From the human T2T-CHM13v2.0 reference genome, Homo sapiens: a DNA stretch of 64,000 bases. This document shows, one piece after another, positions 50,336-64,000 of the stretch. The stretch lies in NCBI RefSeq assembly GCF_009914755.1, contig NC_060934.1. One strand, given 5' to 3'. The notes beneath the pieces were generated by a model. It was given only the letters and a program-made list of their open reading frames with translations. It made no database searches and was not told where the DNA came from. Position 1 is the stretch's first letter; each line of letters starts with the position of its first letter. A program made the translations under genes and the position numbers.

Positions 50336-52941
50336 CTGGGCAGTTTTTAAAAAAGGAAATATTGACATAGTGTTTATGATTTCCCCAAATTATTACTCAA
50401 TATCTACAGCTATTTCCAATGGCAACTGAATATACAGCAAGCAATTTTCAAATCCATGCAGTCTCTGCTCTGAAAAACATCACTCAAAATATCTTGGCGC
50501 TCATGGTTGAATAAGCAAGGTTCTTACAAATCTGTGTCTGCAAATGAGACAAAGGGCGACAGGAGCACCAGATGCTACCACACACACCGGGGCTGTTGCA
50601 ACTCACAAAAAAATCAAACAGGCCACGTTTGGGATGTTACTATCAAAGAGTGGAATTGTTCAGAAGTCACGGAAACAATACTTATGTTATACTTTTCAAG
50701 AAGGCAGACTGGAGCCACCTTGAGAATGACATCAACATTTGGCGAAAGGGAAACCTTAATGACGATGACTTAAAACCGCATGATTTCTTCAGGACCCCTT
50801 CGTTTCTGGACAGAGGCCCCCAGCTCAGTGCTCAAACATGAGGGGCAACAGCAGCAGCCACAGGTTCTGGGACAGCTGCCCCCAGCCCATTCCCTGCACC
50901 GTAACCAGGTGAGGCACAACACTGCTGGCTCCATCTTGCCCACGGGGGAAGGAGCTGACTTCCCTCTGCAGCAGCACACAGGGGTGCCACTGTTCCCCTT
51001 TCTGAGCCCTGCAGAGAGCAAGCAAGCCTGGCCCCCTGCAGAAGCACGGTGAGGGATTTTTCCATGATGAGATGCAGGGTGCAGGCCAGCACACTCAAGG
51101 GAGTCACTCACTGGCCAGTTTCCTGAGCTGCAAAGGGCAAGCACGGAGTTTTGCTAAGTGAGCATGTGCTGTTTTTAGACACCCATGTTCACCGGGGAAC
51201 TTGTAATATTTCCAGGCCTCGGCTGCATGGAGGAGCCCAGGCTTGAATGCAGAGAGAATGGTCCCCCACAGCAGCTTAACACAGCGTTCCTTTGCTGACA
51301 GTAATGTTTTCTTCTTGCAAACTACCTGTGATTTTATGCCGTGTGGCACACTATGGAGGCGAACTTGTGGCTTATGGGGAGATGAACATGGAGCCATATT
51401 GGCTAGGATAGGAGAGATGAACATGGAGCCATATTGGCTAGGATACACTCCAATTTCACAGGATGTATAATATGGGAACAGACATTTACAAAGCATTTGT
51501 CCAGACAACTCTTGTATCTCTGGCAAAACCCCATCCGCAAGGCAGTAGGATTTCTGTATGAGGTGAAAAAACAGGAGCTCCAAAAGTGTCCCCTTGAGGT
51601 CATACAAGTGGGAAGGGTCAAACGAGGATTCCTCGCCAGTTCTCTCTTTGCCACACTCCATGGTTTTCAACCAGAGGTGAGCATCAGAATGACCATGGAG
51701 TCTTCTGAAGACCCCTCCCTCACCCTCCTGAACTGGCCTCAGAAATGACGGAATGGGGGTGGTGCACCTGGTGCGGATGTTTGTTTAAAAAGAGTACTCA
51801 AAAATTTCTGTTGGGGGGAAGCCACCAGGCACACTTGCTTACTGACGTGCTCGGGGGCGGGTGAGGTCCCAGTCTGTGCTCTGCACACAGCAGGAATACC
51901 ATAGCTATCGACAATGTGACTGAAATATTTCTTTGGCAAATAGAATACTGTGTTTGTTAGGCTGATTTCTATTTTAAAATAGAAAAGAAGAGGTTTCAAG
52001 TGAGTTTTTGGTTCTGGTGAATCTTCATTAGTTCTACACAGTCTGTGGGAAGCACCTCTTCTTCCAGGGCCAACAAACCAGGGAATACATTCATCTGTGT
52101 GGGGTGGGCTCTATGGCTTTCAGGACCTCTGCAAAACAAAGATGGCACCCTGCAATACAAGCCTGAAACTTGGCGAGCTGTAAAGTTCAGCCAGGCAGGA
52201 GGTGTTTGCAGGCAGGGCAAGGGGATGAGCATGAACACAGAGCCAGGAGGGGGCTGGGTCCGGGGGAGGAATCTCATCTCTGCCACTTGCTACTATGAGG
52301 CCCTGGCAAGTTACTCCTGAAGCTATTTTCCTCAGTTTCTCCAACTGACAAAAGCAGGTACACTACTATCTCTTTCATAGGCTTCTCATGGGGGATAAAA
52401 TAGCTTAACATATGGCTAGAGCAGTGAAAACTCCCATCAAGCAACATTAACGGTGAGTAATATTATGCAACTTTGATTTTGCACTCAAGAGATTTCTGTA
52501 GTAGAAAAAATACAACTCACTGTGAGAAAAGAAATATTAATCCTGTATACTTGGGAAGTGTCTTAAGCAGACAATCATGCTTCAGTTTTGAATATTTCAT
52601 ATTAGAACACTTCATTATCTTCTTTTGCACTTTTATCTCTGGAACATTTTTCAAACAAAAAAGAATTTGTGTAACATCCTAGTGATGCGCATGCCTGTTA
52701 GTGTCCGCCATGTGTAAAAAGAAGAGATGTTCATGTTTAAGTGACTTCGCTGGAAGCCACAGGGAGCTGTGGTAAGAGCAGCAGTGAGCAGTAAGCGTTT
52801 GTGGGTTCTGTATCTTACGCTCAGAACATGACTTGCCCCCAGGGAACAAGCGTCACTAAAGGGCTTTGAATGGCTCAGTAGAAAGCAGCTCAGTGGCAGA
52901 AAGGAGTGATCCCTGAGTTACAGGTCACACAGAGGAGCCAG

Positions 52942-52977
<36 letters not shown>

Positions 52978-53000
52978 GAGAGAGGGAGAGAAAGAGAGAA
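52942..53000. repeat. (GA)n microsatellite in intron 9
   Basis: ~58-bp purine-only tract. Confidence 0.95.
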
Positions 53001-53023
53001 GGAAACAAAATGGAGATACTCAC

Positions 53024-53127
53024 GCCATGTTTAACAGTTTTTGCAGCATGGGCAGCTTTCTTTTTTGCATCATAATGAGTAAGGATGTCAATAATTGCCA
53101 TGAAGTACACCTCCTTCCTAGGCGAGT
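53024..53127 (-). CDS. PIP4K2A: PIP4K2A exon 9 (104 bp; (N)[34 protein letters not shown])
   Basis: IIDIL motif and type II activation loop [14 protein letters not shown]. Acceptor ctgcag|AC, donor GGC|gtgagt. Phase 1/0 matches both neighbouring exons. Confidence 0.98.
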
Positions 53128-53619
53128 CTGCAGAGACAGGAGAGCAATGACTGTGGGACATGTGACAACACCAGTGCCAGCATTGCTGCTGAGGGAGGGA
53201 GGGAGGGAGAAGTGAGCCTGGAGGGAGGGGATTCAATGGAACGCGGATGGAAGGAGTCCAGAGACAAACTCTACACCACCCCTGCGGATCCTGACTAAAC
53301 ACACAGCTTGCCTCTCTGACCCAGTCCCCCTGCAATTTAAAAAGAAACAACCCTAACAACTAAAAACATCATCACACCAGGGTATCAACAGTGGAGATCC
53401 AACGGTGGAACGGAGTCTTTTTTTTTTTTTAATTTGCATTTTCTTTAATAATTGTGTATTGCTTTGGTGTGAAGAAATATGCTATTTAAAAATACCCTAT
53501 AAAACAGAACTAATTATGTACACTAATCCTTTACATCAAATGGTAGAACTGTTCATAATTCTCACTGGATACAGTATCAGAACTGGATAAAGGCATACAT
53601 CCACTCCAATGTCTATTTT

Positions 53620-53908
53620 CTTTTTTTGAGACAGAGTTTTGTTCTTGTTGCCCAGGCTGGAGTGCAATGGTGCGATCTTGGCTCACAGCAACCTCCACCT
53701 CCCGAGTTCAAGTGACTCCTGCCTCAGCCTGCCGAGTAGCCGGGATTACAGGCATGCATCACTATGCCCAGCTAATTTCATATTTTTAGTAGAGATGGGG
53801 TTTCTCCATGTAGGTCAGGCTGGTCTCAAACTCATGACCTCAGGTGATCTGCCTGCCGCGGCCTCCCAAAGTGCTGGGATTACAGGCATGAACCACTGCG
53901 CCCGGCCC
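53620..53908 (-). mobile_element. AluS in PIP4K2A intron 8
   Basis: TSD tgtct(a/g)ttttc. Confidence 0.92.
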
Positions 53909-54856
53909 GTGTCTGTTTTCTATCCATTTCCAAAAATATGAACAGTAAGAAAAGTACATTTGACTATCTAATTTTCTGTGTTGAAGAAAACATTTTGGTG
54001 AGCAAAACAGAACAAAACAGAACTCAGATCCTCAGCTGATATGCCATTTGAGATTAAAAAACAACTGATGAGCCACAGTTTTTATTATTCAAAAACCAAG
54101 AAGCTGTTTTTATCCTATCACAAAAATATTTTGGTATTGTCACGGATAAGTTGCTAAGGTAGGATGTAATATTCAAATAACTGGTGCACCCAATCACCTG
54201 GATACGGTGGATTAAGATTTATCTGACTCTAGGGAAGAGGGCCATAGGCCCTTCCATGGGGGAGGACAGCAGAGCCAGACTCAGCAGCAAATCAGATTCC
54301 CACCCCACCCACAGGGCCCATCTTCACACACCCTTCACACCCCTGAGAGGGAGAGGGCTGTTGGTAATGACAAGAGGACAAGCTAAGGGTCACAGAGGAT
54401 CACATGCATGTGCCTAGCTTAGACTCATGATGCTTTTGACTTAGATAAAAAAGATAACTAGGCAAAAACGTATTAATATTTTAAAGCATTTCTGATGTTA
54501 TTTGTGAACATGTATGTGTGCATATGTACATGCATGTTGTGTTGTGTGTGCACGTACGTTGTATGCCAGTGTGTATGTGCATATGTACAGGTGTGTTGTA
54601 CATGTATAGTATAGTTCGTGGTTTTGCTGTATTCCCTCAACATCACAGAATTCAAAGGTCCGATCGCCTTATGTTTCAGCACTGAGATCACGGTTAGCTT
54701 TAACATACTCTTGTCCCCAAATCCATTTCTTTGGAGTTTGGAGGATGAGTGCTGCCGGGCAGCACCCTCATAACTGGGGTAGTGCTTACTGGTAGATAAC
54801 AAGGCCAAAGTCAAACCACTTCACATGCAAAAAGGGTCCACACTAATCAAACTTAC

Positions 54857-55100
54857 TTTCATGGCACTTAATTCCATAGACGTCGATGTTCGGATCGAAC
54901 TCCCCGGGAGCCAGGGGTGGTGAGCTGTTCAGTGTATTCCCGGGGCTATCTGGGGGGGTTCCCACCGGGTGGGTGCCATCGCTCTCGCCCTCCTCCTCCC
55001 CATCGTTCTCCTCACACTCCACTTCCTCCTGTTCGGCTCTCTCCACATCATGAATTCCCACCAGCAGACTGTAGTCCATGAGCTTCAGCTGGGCCAGAAA
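54857..55100 (-). CDS. PIP4K2A: PIP4K2A exon 8 (244 bp; FLAQLKLMDYSLLVGIHD...DVYGIKCHE)
   Basis: MDYSLL catalytic-loop motif and acidic insert, contained in ORF 54843..55133. Acceptor ccccag|TTT, donor GAAA|gtaagt, phase 0/1. Confidence 0.98.
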
Positions 55101-58100
55101 CTGGGGACAGAGGCAACAGGGTGAGTCAGCCACACCTTAAACATAAAAGCCAACATTTAAAGGAGACAAGCTCGGGTGACACCCAGAGGGAAGGCTGTGG
55201 GGTGGGGCAGCAGAGGCGCCGGGTGCCTCCTTCACGATGCTCTTACACTCCTGGGCTGTTTCTCTATCTAAAATGTAGCCTCACACTTCAGGCTGGCTCA
55301 GAGCTCAGGCTGTTTACCCTGGAATGCCACACTGGATGCGGAGAGGTGTGTATCTATCACAGGGTGGCTGGATTTCACCAGATAGCAAGGAGCATGACCA
55401 GTAAGAGATGCGGAGAGAGACTGGGAGAGAGAGCAAGTTCCTCCCAATGATTAAGACTGGCTAATGGGGAAACCCAGGCATCTCCCAAGTAGCTTCCAGC
55501 GGAGTCTCTGGTGGTAGTTCAGGAAAGCACCCTGGAATTCAGCATGCTCTGTGGAGGCGATTGTTACGCTGTTGTAAATAAGTAAAAGTAAAGGCACTGT
55601 GTCCACATCTGGTGAGTAATGCAGTCCTGTCCAGGTCAACAAGGTGCTTTCCATGTGTGCTTTCCACGAAGCACCACACATCCAGGATTCCTGTCCTCCC
55701 TCTCCTCCTCCAGCCGTGGCTAGAACATAATGTGGGGGCAAGACCCAGCTCTGTGTGTTTGGCTACTCCTGTCTGCCCAGTTCTTTGACTTTTCAGATCA
55801 CGATTTCTCTTTGTTTCCCTTTTCTTATTTGAGACCTTCAGCACAACGTTCCAATGTTGCCATAAGATGTGGATGGTTGTGCTGAGTGCAAACAGTGGCA
55901 GCCCATCTGCGGGCTGGACCCAACTGGCTCCCTGACCCCGTGGCTGGCTGGCTCTGCACAGGATCCTGTTCCACTCTGACCTTGGGCTCAGGGTCCAGGA
56001 AGGTTCACGGTCCTGGCTCTGGAAGGACTCAGTGCCACCTCGCTGGGGAATGCAGAGTGGCTGAGCAGCCTCTGGGCTATGCTGATAGAATTTAGGAAGC
56101 AGATGTCCTCATGCAAAGGGCAAACAGATAAAATCACAGGTCTTGAAGTTCTGGCTAAAAATGAAATCAATTTGCTAAGCCCCGCAGAGTCATTTCTCCT
56201 CAGCCTGCTGGGAAGGAGTTCTGTCTCGAAACTGAATGAGAAGCCCCGATTCCTTACAGACGAGGAGAGGACCCCTGGGCACAGGGCTATCCCACTCTCC
56301 AGCTGGTTCCTGGTGCCTGCAATTCTCCATCAGCCAGCACCCCGCTCAGCCCAGCAAACTGGCCAGAGCTCCCACTTCGCTGCCTTCCCAACAGGAATCC
56401 CCCAGGGCCAGCTATATCTTCCCCAATTGTTTTGAGCTCAAAAAAGAGAAATCACACAAATCTTACACTCAAATATTTAAGCAAAGTGGGAGAAACCTGT
56501 TTGTTTAAAAATAGAGGCAAACCCCTCGTGGAAACAGCATGGGGCTCCTGCGTTCAGCTTTCTGGGTCCCAGAGAAGAGGGGAAGCCACTGCTCATCCCC
56601 CCTGGTCTTTCCCCAAACTCCCCCATTACAGTAAACATGAGAACTGACTTTCCACTTGCACCTCTCTCTGCCAGATTCCTTTCCAGCAGTCAGAGACTGC
56701 GCATCCTCCCCTAGAATCTCGGCAGCTGCCAGGCTGTGAGGTGCACCTGGCCGAGATCACCTGGCTGGGATCATGTTTGTGGGGGCGGCTGCGGGGAGAA
56801 ATCTACAGTGGTGGAAGGCTCACTTGAGTCCTCCACCCGCACGGTGAAGCCAGCCAGGGAGCTGGGTCTCGGGTACCAGCTCCGCTATACATGGGCCTGT
56901 GGATGTGGAAGAGAACTGGGCACTCCGGGGTATAGGGACAGGTGACAAGATCCAAGGCAGGGGGCAGGCTCTCCGTGTGAGACAGCAGCCAGGCTCAGCA
57001 GCTGGACGAGAGTGCAAGGATTCAAATCCAAGGAGGGGTGAATTCAGGGCCTGTTCTGAGCCTGTACTCTCTGCTCTCTATCAGCTACCTCTGGAGGCTG
57101 CCTTAAAGCAGCTTTCCCCTCTCCTTTTCTTCGCAACCCTAGGAGGAAGGTAACGAGTTAAAATCAGCTGGCATCGGAGGCCCTCCTCACATGACTCTGC
57201 GCTGTGGGTCTCCGGAGGGTTAGGTGGCCAGCAGCAGCACACATGGCACTGCTGTGATCATGGAACCTGCTTTCCCGTCAGAATGACCTGTGGGCCTGGG
57301 GTTTCAGAAGCCTATTTGAAAAATACTGCATTGTAAGTACCCAGTTGTCTTCTCCAATGCTTGAGGGGTATGGTGGGGGTGGGGGTGCTTATGGTGGGCC
57401 CACTTCTCCCTGCCCTGTTGTTCCAAGGCCTCTGGGCTGCTGGAGGACTGGGTCAGGGTCTCCTTGGCCACCTCTGCTGCCCCTCCCAAGCCTAGCACGG
57501 TGCCTGGCTCTGCTCCCTAGATCTACGGCTTCCCTGGCCTCTCTCTCTACACCTGGAAGCCTCTCTGGAGCCAGGCCAGGCCCTGCTCGGCTTGAGAGGT
57601 GACAGGGAAAAGGCCCCCCTTCTGCCCACACCTGCTCCCTCTGGGTGCTTGGAAGGTCCCTGTGAAGTGGTAAAGGCTGAGTGGTGCCTCAACCACCCCT
57701 CCAGTCCTCTGCAAAGGGCAGAAGTTTTCAAAATGTGAACCTGATCCCATCCTGTTCTGCTTAACACATTTCCATAGTGCCGCGTTTCTCACAGGGCACA
57801 AACAAAACTCACATGGCCCAGGAGGCCTGGAGAGCTTGGCCCCATCCACTTCTGGGGCCCACTTGAGCTCTGCTCTGCCCACTTCCTGGGCTTCTCTGGG
57901 GGCAGGTACTTCCTCCTGTGCCTTCAGGTCTCAGCTGCGGGGCACTGCACAGGGCAGCACAGCCCCAGAGTCTGGGTGTTTAGGGCACCGCACACTCCTC
58001 CCCAGTGACACGGGGCCTCGCTGCACATTCATTTTGTTGGAGTATTTGAGCGACTTCTCTCTTTCCCAAGCAAGGCAGCCCCAAACGGGGCTCTAAGGTT

Positions 58101-58759
58101 TTGGCTTTCACTGCATTCCCGAATCCCGGCAGGCAGAGGGCTCGGGAAAGTATTCGGCACTTGTTGGACAAGTGAATGGGATGCTTGTTACTTCTTCCCT
58201 ATCCGTCCCAACTCTCCCTAATTCTCCCCAACCTGCTTCCAGCAGGAAGTAACTACCAAAGCCAAATACAAACAACAAAGCAACAACAGAAAACTTTTGT
58301 CTGAGACTGCATGAGGCAACAGCTCTGCAAAGGAAGCGCAAGGTGACCATTTAAGACGATTACCTTAACAGGAAGGTCTACTGGTTGACCTTCAAGTATG
58401 TTTTAGTTACAGAAGTCAGGGCTGTCTGTGATTAACTTGCCAAAGGGCAGAGAGGGAAGGGGACAACTGGGACTGGCCAGCCGCACTCACCAGGGTGAGC
58501 CTCCAGGGCCCAGCCTCCCCTGGCACCCCATCTGGGTTCCTCGCCACACCGGGCAGCCCAGAGTAATTTTCCTGGGCCTCAGGCCTGTGGTCAGACCGCT
58601 TATTGTCGTCTTCCAGTGAGGAAGAAATAAAGGTGCAGTCAACTCCTAGCACAACCCAAAAACCATCAGCATGATGCAAAATGCATCTCTAGGTAAGAAG
58701 CTGTTCTGAGGCACCCAAGAAGACTGAGAAAATTGCAGTCACAATGGGCATTGCACATG

Positions 58760-59033
58760 TTTTCTTTTTGTTTAAGAGATGGGATCTTGCTCTGTTGCCC
58801 AGGCTGGAGTACAGTGGTATGATCACAGATCACTGTAGCCTTGAACTCCTGGGCTCAAGCAATCCTCCTGCCTCACCCTCCCGAGGAGCTGGATTACAGA
58901 GGTGCACCACCATGCCCAGCTAATTATTTTTTATTTTGTGTGGAGACAGGATCTTGCTGTGTTGTCCAGGCTGGTCTCAAACACCTGGCCTCAAGTGATC
59001 CTCCTGCCTTGGCCTCCCAAACTGCTGGGATTA
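58760..59033 (-). mobile_element. AluJ in intron 7
   Basis: Dimeric Alu, 5' end clipped. Confidence 0.88.
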
Positions 59034-59443
59034 TTATTCATGATTTCAAATCTCTGAGACTGAGGTAGAAATGGGAAAAACCAAATATGGCACAGTGGTT
59101 AAAAGGACAGGTCATGCTGACCAGGGAGACCCATTCAAGAAACAAAGAGTCTGATTTGGTCTCACTCGCCAGTTCCATGCTTGACGAGTTCGCCTCCTGG
59201 ATCTTCAGTCATTCTGACTTTAAAATTGGACAATGCCACTCACCTCACAGGGGTGTCGAAGAATTAAGATAATGAAACTGAGAGAAAAAATATGGTGCCT
59301 CACACAAAATAATGGAAGCTGTTATTTGTAACTGGCAATGTTTTGATTATGGTAGAAGTCTTTTTTTAATATCAAGATTTCAATTTAAACAGGTTTCAGT
59401 TTGTAGACCGGGGGAAAAAGAACCATATGGAAAAGCCTGTTAA

Positions 59444-59763
<320 letters not shown>

Positions 59764-61816
59764 TCAAACTTTACTTTAAATCTGTTCTGAGGTAGAGTGA
59801 ATGAAGTGTGGCAATACATCTGAGATTTTTCGTGGGCTGGAAGCTCGCAGATGGAAAGAGAAGACAGAAAGGGGGCGTGGGCTTCACTGCGGGGTCTGCT
59901 TCCGGCTCACTGCAGGAAAACAGTATATATTTGTTCTTTAAGTTTTAAGAACATAAGATTTCAAAGTGTGAAGATTTTTCAGTCTTTATTTAGGTCCCCT
60001 GCTTTTCTTCCTTTCCAGCTTCTCAGAAACCACCTGCTGGACCTCAGATCTGCCTCTTTTTCCCTCAGAATATCCCTTCTCATCTAATTCCTTACTAATT
60101 GAGTCCTTGCTGTGACAAATCTTTGAGCTACAATCTTCCTTGAGATCTTTACGAGTCTAAGACTATCCTTCACAATGGTTCTCAACTGATTTATTTAACT
60201 CTACTAACACACCGTGTTCTACCACATCACCATCTCCCAACATATCTGTGAAGTAGAATTAAAATGCCAGTCAGCCCTGTTTAACGGTTATATCTTACCA
60301 CTTGTTAAAAATTATAATCCTCCTTCGAAGCAATTATCAGAAAACAAAGCCTCCACTGTGCTCTCACAGGTATTTTTAACTTGTGTTTATGTCAGAGTAG
60401 TTAAGGACTGTGCCCTCTGAGGGCCTGACGCCCCAGTCTGAATTTAGAAGCTTTGTGCCTTTGAGCAAATTACATAGGGTCTCTGGGCTCGGCTTCCCCA
60501 TTCATCAAACTAGGGTAGGGGCAGGACCACTGTCAAGGGGCTGTTTTGAGAATGACAAGTGACACTGCATGGGAAGGACTTGGGCTCGATGTGCTCCATA
60601 AATGCTGCCACCCATCCCACTACTCCCACCGCCCTATCCCCTCTCACCCATCTCCATGGATGGGGGGCTATAAACCTCAGACAACTGAAATGCCCTGTGA
60701 GGGGGTACTCCTGGATGCCACAGAGGGAGAACAGTTTTGCATCATGTGAGTCAATGAGAGGAGAGACCAGGGTTGATTCTTCAGGGCCGTGATCAGAATT
60801 GACAAAACACAGGGCAGAAGGCAAAAGTGCTTGTCACTCCTCATACACCGATCTGTGTGTGTGTTTGTGTGCAGAAAAAGACTCACCTGTGTTACGTGCA
60901 AAGCTATGTGGATGAAAATACCCAGCATGGCATAGGAATAGAACAGGGCTGCTGTTACAGAAAAACAGCAACTAGAACCTCAGATGAAAATTAGTTTTCC
61001 TAAAATCTAGATTTCTTGAGCTGTAATACACTCAGATCTCCTACTCGAGGCATTAAGGAAAAACAGCAACAACAACAAAAAACTGCAATGAAACTCCAAT
61101 GGGTCAGTCAGCTAAATTAGAAAGCATGGAACTGATGAAAACAGAAAACTCGATTAAATTCTAGCCTCATTATCAAGATCAGATGTCAAGCTACTTCACC
61201 ATAATTACCTGCTTAAAAATTTAATGATGGTTCTGCATAAATTTCAAAACTAAAGACACTGTTATCAGCTATTGAGAATATTTTTAAATGAAAGGATGTT
61301 TTACACCCTGCCTCCATTTCAACGAAACAGCTAAGTGCTTGAGCCATGTATGGGATTAGACTATAGAGTCCTCTAATCAATGGTATTATTAGAGACAACA
61401 AAAGAGCTAAGAGGATCCTTCTGTAATTCAACTGTAAATTTGAACTGCTTGAATTACATTATTTCTGGAGTCTAAATATCATAGTGATATACTGCCAACA
61501 GAAAAAAACCATTTTTTTAATAGGTCACAGATAACCCTAAGGGCTACTTACCATAATTGCTAAAACCATATTCTTCTCAGTATCAAGGATTTGCTGATTA
61601 ATCAATAAAAATCCAAGAGTATGTTTACTAAGGATACTTATCAGTTGGATCAAACAGATCCCAAAGCAAGGGGGAAATGCTTAACTAATACATTTTATTA
61701 GTAACCACTCACAACTGAGGAAAACTAAACATTCCTTAATGAAAGACTGGAGGAAAATGTTAGAAGAGAAAAGCAAACACTTGTATCGTTTTGTTTGTTT
61801 GAAGTAGATGCTTACA

Positions 61817-62118
61817 GGCTAAGCACAGTGGCTCATGCCTGTAATCACAGCACTTTGGGAGGCTGAGGTGGGAGGATTGCTTGAGGCCAGGAGTTCAAGA
61901 CCAGCCTGCGCAACAAAGCAAGACCCTAGTCTCTACAAAAAAAAAAAAATTCAAAAATTAGCCAGGCACCGTGGTGCATGCCTGTAGTCCCAGCTACTAT
62001 GGAGGCTGAGGCGGGAGGACTGCCTGAGCTGGGAGTTCAAGGCTGCAGTGAGCTATGCTCATGCCACCCCACTCTAGCCAACACAGCAAGACTGTCTCTA
62101 AAAACAATGGCAACAAGA
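61817..62118 (+). mobile_element. AluJ in intron 7
   Basis: TSD aagtagat(g/a)cttaca. Confidence 0.9.
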
Positions 62119-62612
62119 AAGTAGATACTTACACCCTTCACAAATAACCAATATATAGGTTCTAATCCAAGTATGTATACTATAAATAATCCAAGTATGT
62201 ATACTATAAAGGTAAAATAATGTAAAAAATTTTATTAAACTAATTTATGATCTAAAAATATTAACTACTAATAACTTGGTCAGTGTGAGTTTCTTGTAAT
62301 AAAAAGAACTGTTAGAAGATTAAAAATAAATTATACTGCTTCCGCCTTCATGGGAAATACAAATGTATGACACTCATTCTGTGGCTTTCGTCATTTTCTT
62401 TTTCTTTTTTTTTTTTTGGTTTAATGACATAAAAAGACAATCTTCCCACAAAGCCTCTCTCTAAGTAGCAGATCCGTACTGGTGTGCCATGAAGTGTACA
62501 CAAATGAATGAACGCAACAGCTAAGAAAAGCTGAGTTTAGTAGCTGCCTAAATTCTAATTCCCACTGCATTGTTTTGTAACTCAACGAAGTCCAAGAAAA
62601 TAACCTTTTTTT

Positions 62613-62916
<304 letters not shown>

Positions 62917-63693
62917 AAGAAAATAACCTTTTTTTCCTTTTTTCCTGGATTTATAAAAGACTTAAATAATGAGCAAATCCAATGGAAAAGCTGCAATGCC
63001 TTTATCATAAACTAAATGACAGGAAAAGGTACATTTTAAATGTTTAGAACAGTGTTTAAAAGCAAAACTCCATCATTATGGACGAAAGCCCCTTGGACAC
63101 TGTTCTATGTCTCTCCACTGTCCCCTATGACCTAGTATCCCAAGCTGCCCCTGTGCTAGTCCCACAATGTGTAAGGGGGCCTCACTGGGCCTCATGACAT
63201 GGTTTGTGGTGACTGGTGGAGATAGGAAAGCATTAAGTGACCCAGGCTATGTTAACCAGCACTGACTTGTGCTTTAGAGGGAAAAGTGCCAAGACTGTAA
63301 TAGTGACTGAATATTTGTTTTTGAGATGCTCTGCTGGTTGACACAGAGTCCAGTACTCCCCTGGCCCCTCCCAAACTGGCTGGTGTGGGCAGGTCAGTCT
63401 TCATGGGCCATCCCAATACAGAATACAGGGGCCTGGGACCGGGGATTCCCAGCGGATGACAGCAGGTGCTTTCTTGTGTTTGGTGCCTAAATGAGAGGGC
63501 TGCTAAACTGGCATGCGTTTGCTTTAAACCAGATCATGTAACATGAGACACCTTCATGTCTGACTTCCCTAAGGTAGAGTATGCAGGTTTTTGCCTTGAT
63601 TGAAGATTTAAATAGATGGTTTAAAAAGCTCCTAAAACCCAACAGGGCTGATATTTATACAATGAGTCTGGCCTCTCCACTGACTGTTCTTAC

Positions 63694-63807
63694 CTCAACA
63701 TCCTTTTTTAGTTTTTCCAGGAAGACCTTCTTGCTGTTGTCATCAATATAAATCTTTTGGCCCTCATTAATGAAATCATTATCTTTCAGAGTTGGCAGTT
63801 CTTTGGC
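63694..63807 (-). CDS. PIP4K2A: PIP4K2A exon 7 (114 bp; [38 protein letters not shown])
   Basis: Manual minus-strand translation shows the PIP-kinase TLKDNDF motif. Acceptor ttttag|GCC, donor GAG|gtaaga, phase 0/0. Upstream exons lie outside the window. Confidence 0.97.
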
Positions 63808-63973
63808 CTAAAACAAATGAGAAAAACAATGACAAAGGCGCTTGAAGAAAACCTAAAAAAACCACATACACCTTCCAACCCTGGACACTGAAGTTTGCCC
63901 CTTTCACCGCCCCCACCCCGTTCACCACCACAGGGGTCTTACCCAAACAATAAAATAGGAGAAGGCTTGAATA

Positions 63974-63987
63974 CCACCGGGGGGCGC
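63974..63987 (+). promoter_or_regulatory. Candidate CTCF site
   Basis: CCACCGGGGGGCGC is 13/14 identical to the core consensus CCACCAGGGGGCGC. Motif evidence only. Confidence 0.5.
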
Positions 63988-64000
63988 CAGTGAGCCCCAA

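Noticed and set aside
51104-51670. 188-aa minus-strand ORF in intron 9
   Set aside because: Non-ATG start and no recognisable domain. The internal ILANMAPCSS/SQYGSMFIS repeats across frames come from the 35-bp duplication.
52925-53359. 144-aa ORF as a standalone gene
   Set aside because: It is exon 9 read through into the flanking intron; the LSLSLS run is the GA repeat.
55100-58700. GC-rich intronic region as a CpG island or hidden gene
   Set aside because: CpG is depleted relative to GC content, and the overlapping short ORFs show no coherent homology.

Overview
Primate (human-like) genomic DNA, not microbial. The right part holds the last four coding exons (7-10) and 3' UTR of PIP4K2A on the minus strand, with canonical GT-AG junctions and a frame-consistent translation ending ...FLDFIGHILT*. 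From recall, this is the 10p12.2 region. Exon 7 encodes Ser at residue 251, the N251S allele. The left ~47 kb is repeat-dense intergenic DNA: more than 25 Alus, one full-length decayed L1PA inserted into an Alu, a second L1PA that appears locally duplicated and rearranged, old L1M/L2, LTR elements and DNA transposons. I find no new protein-coding or CRISPR-like system. The most unusual items are: a tandem pair of tRNA-Gly(TCC) 5' halves between three copies of a target-site-like repeat (2425-2561); a 3'-truncated processed RPS18 fragment; four miR-30 seed sites in the PIP4K2A 3' UTR; and several hairpin or templated-insertion scars. Repeat subfamily names and reference comparisons come from recalled consensus sequences and need RepeatMasker/BLAST confirmation. 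Repeat boundaries are approximate unless a target-site duplication (TSD) is given.
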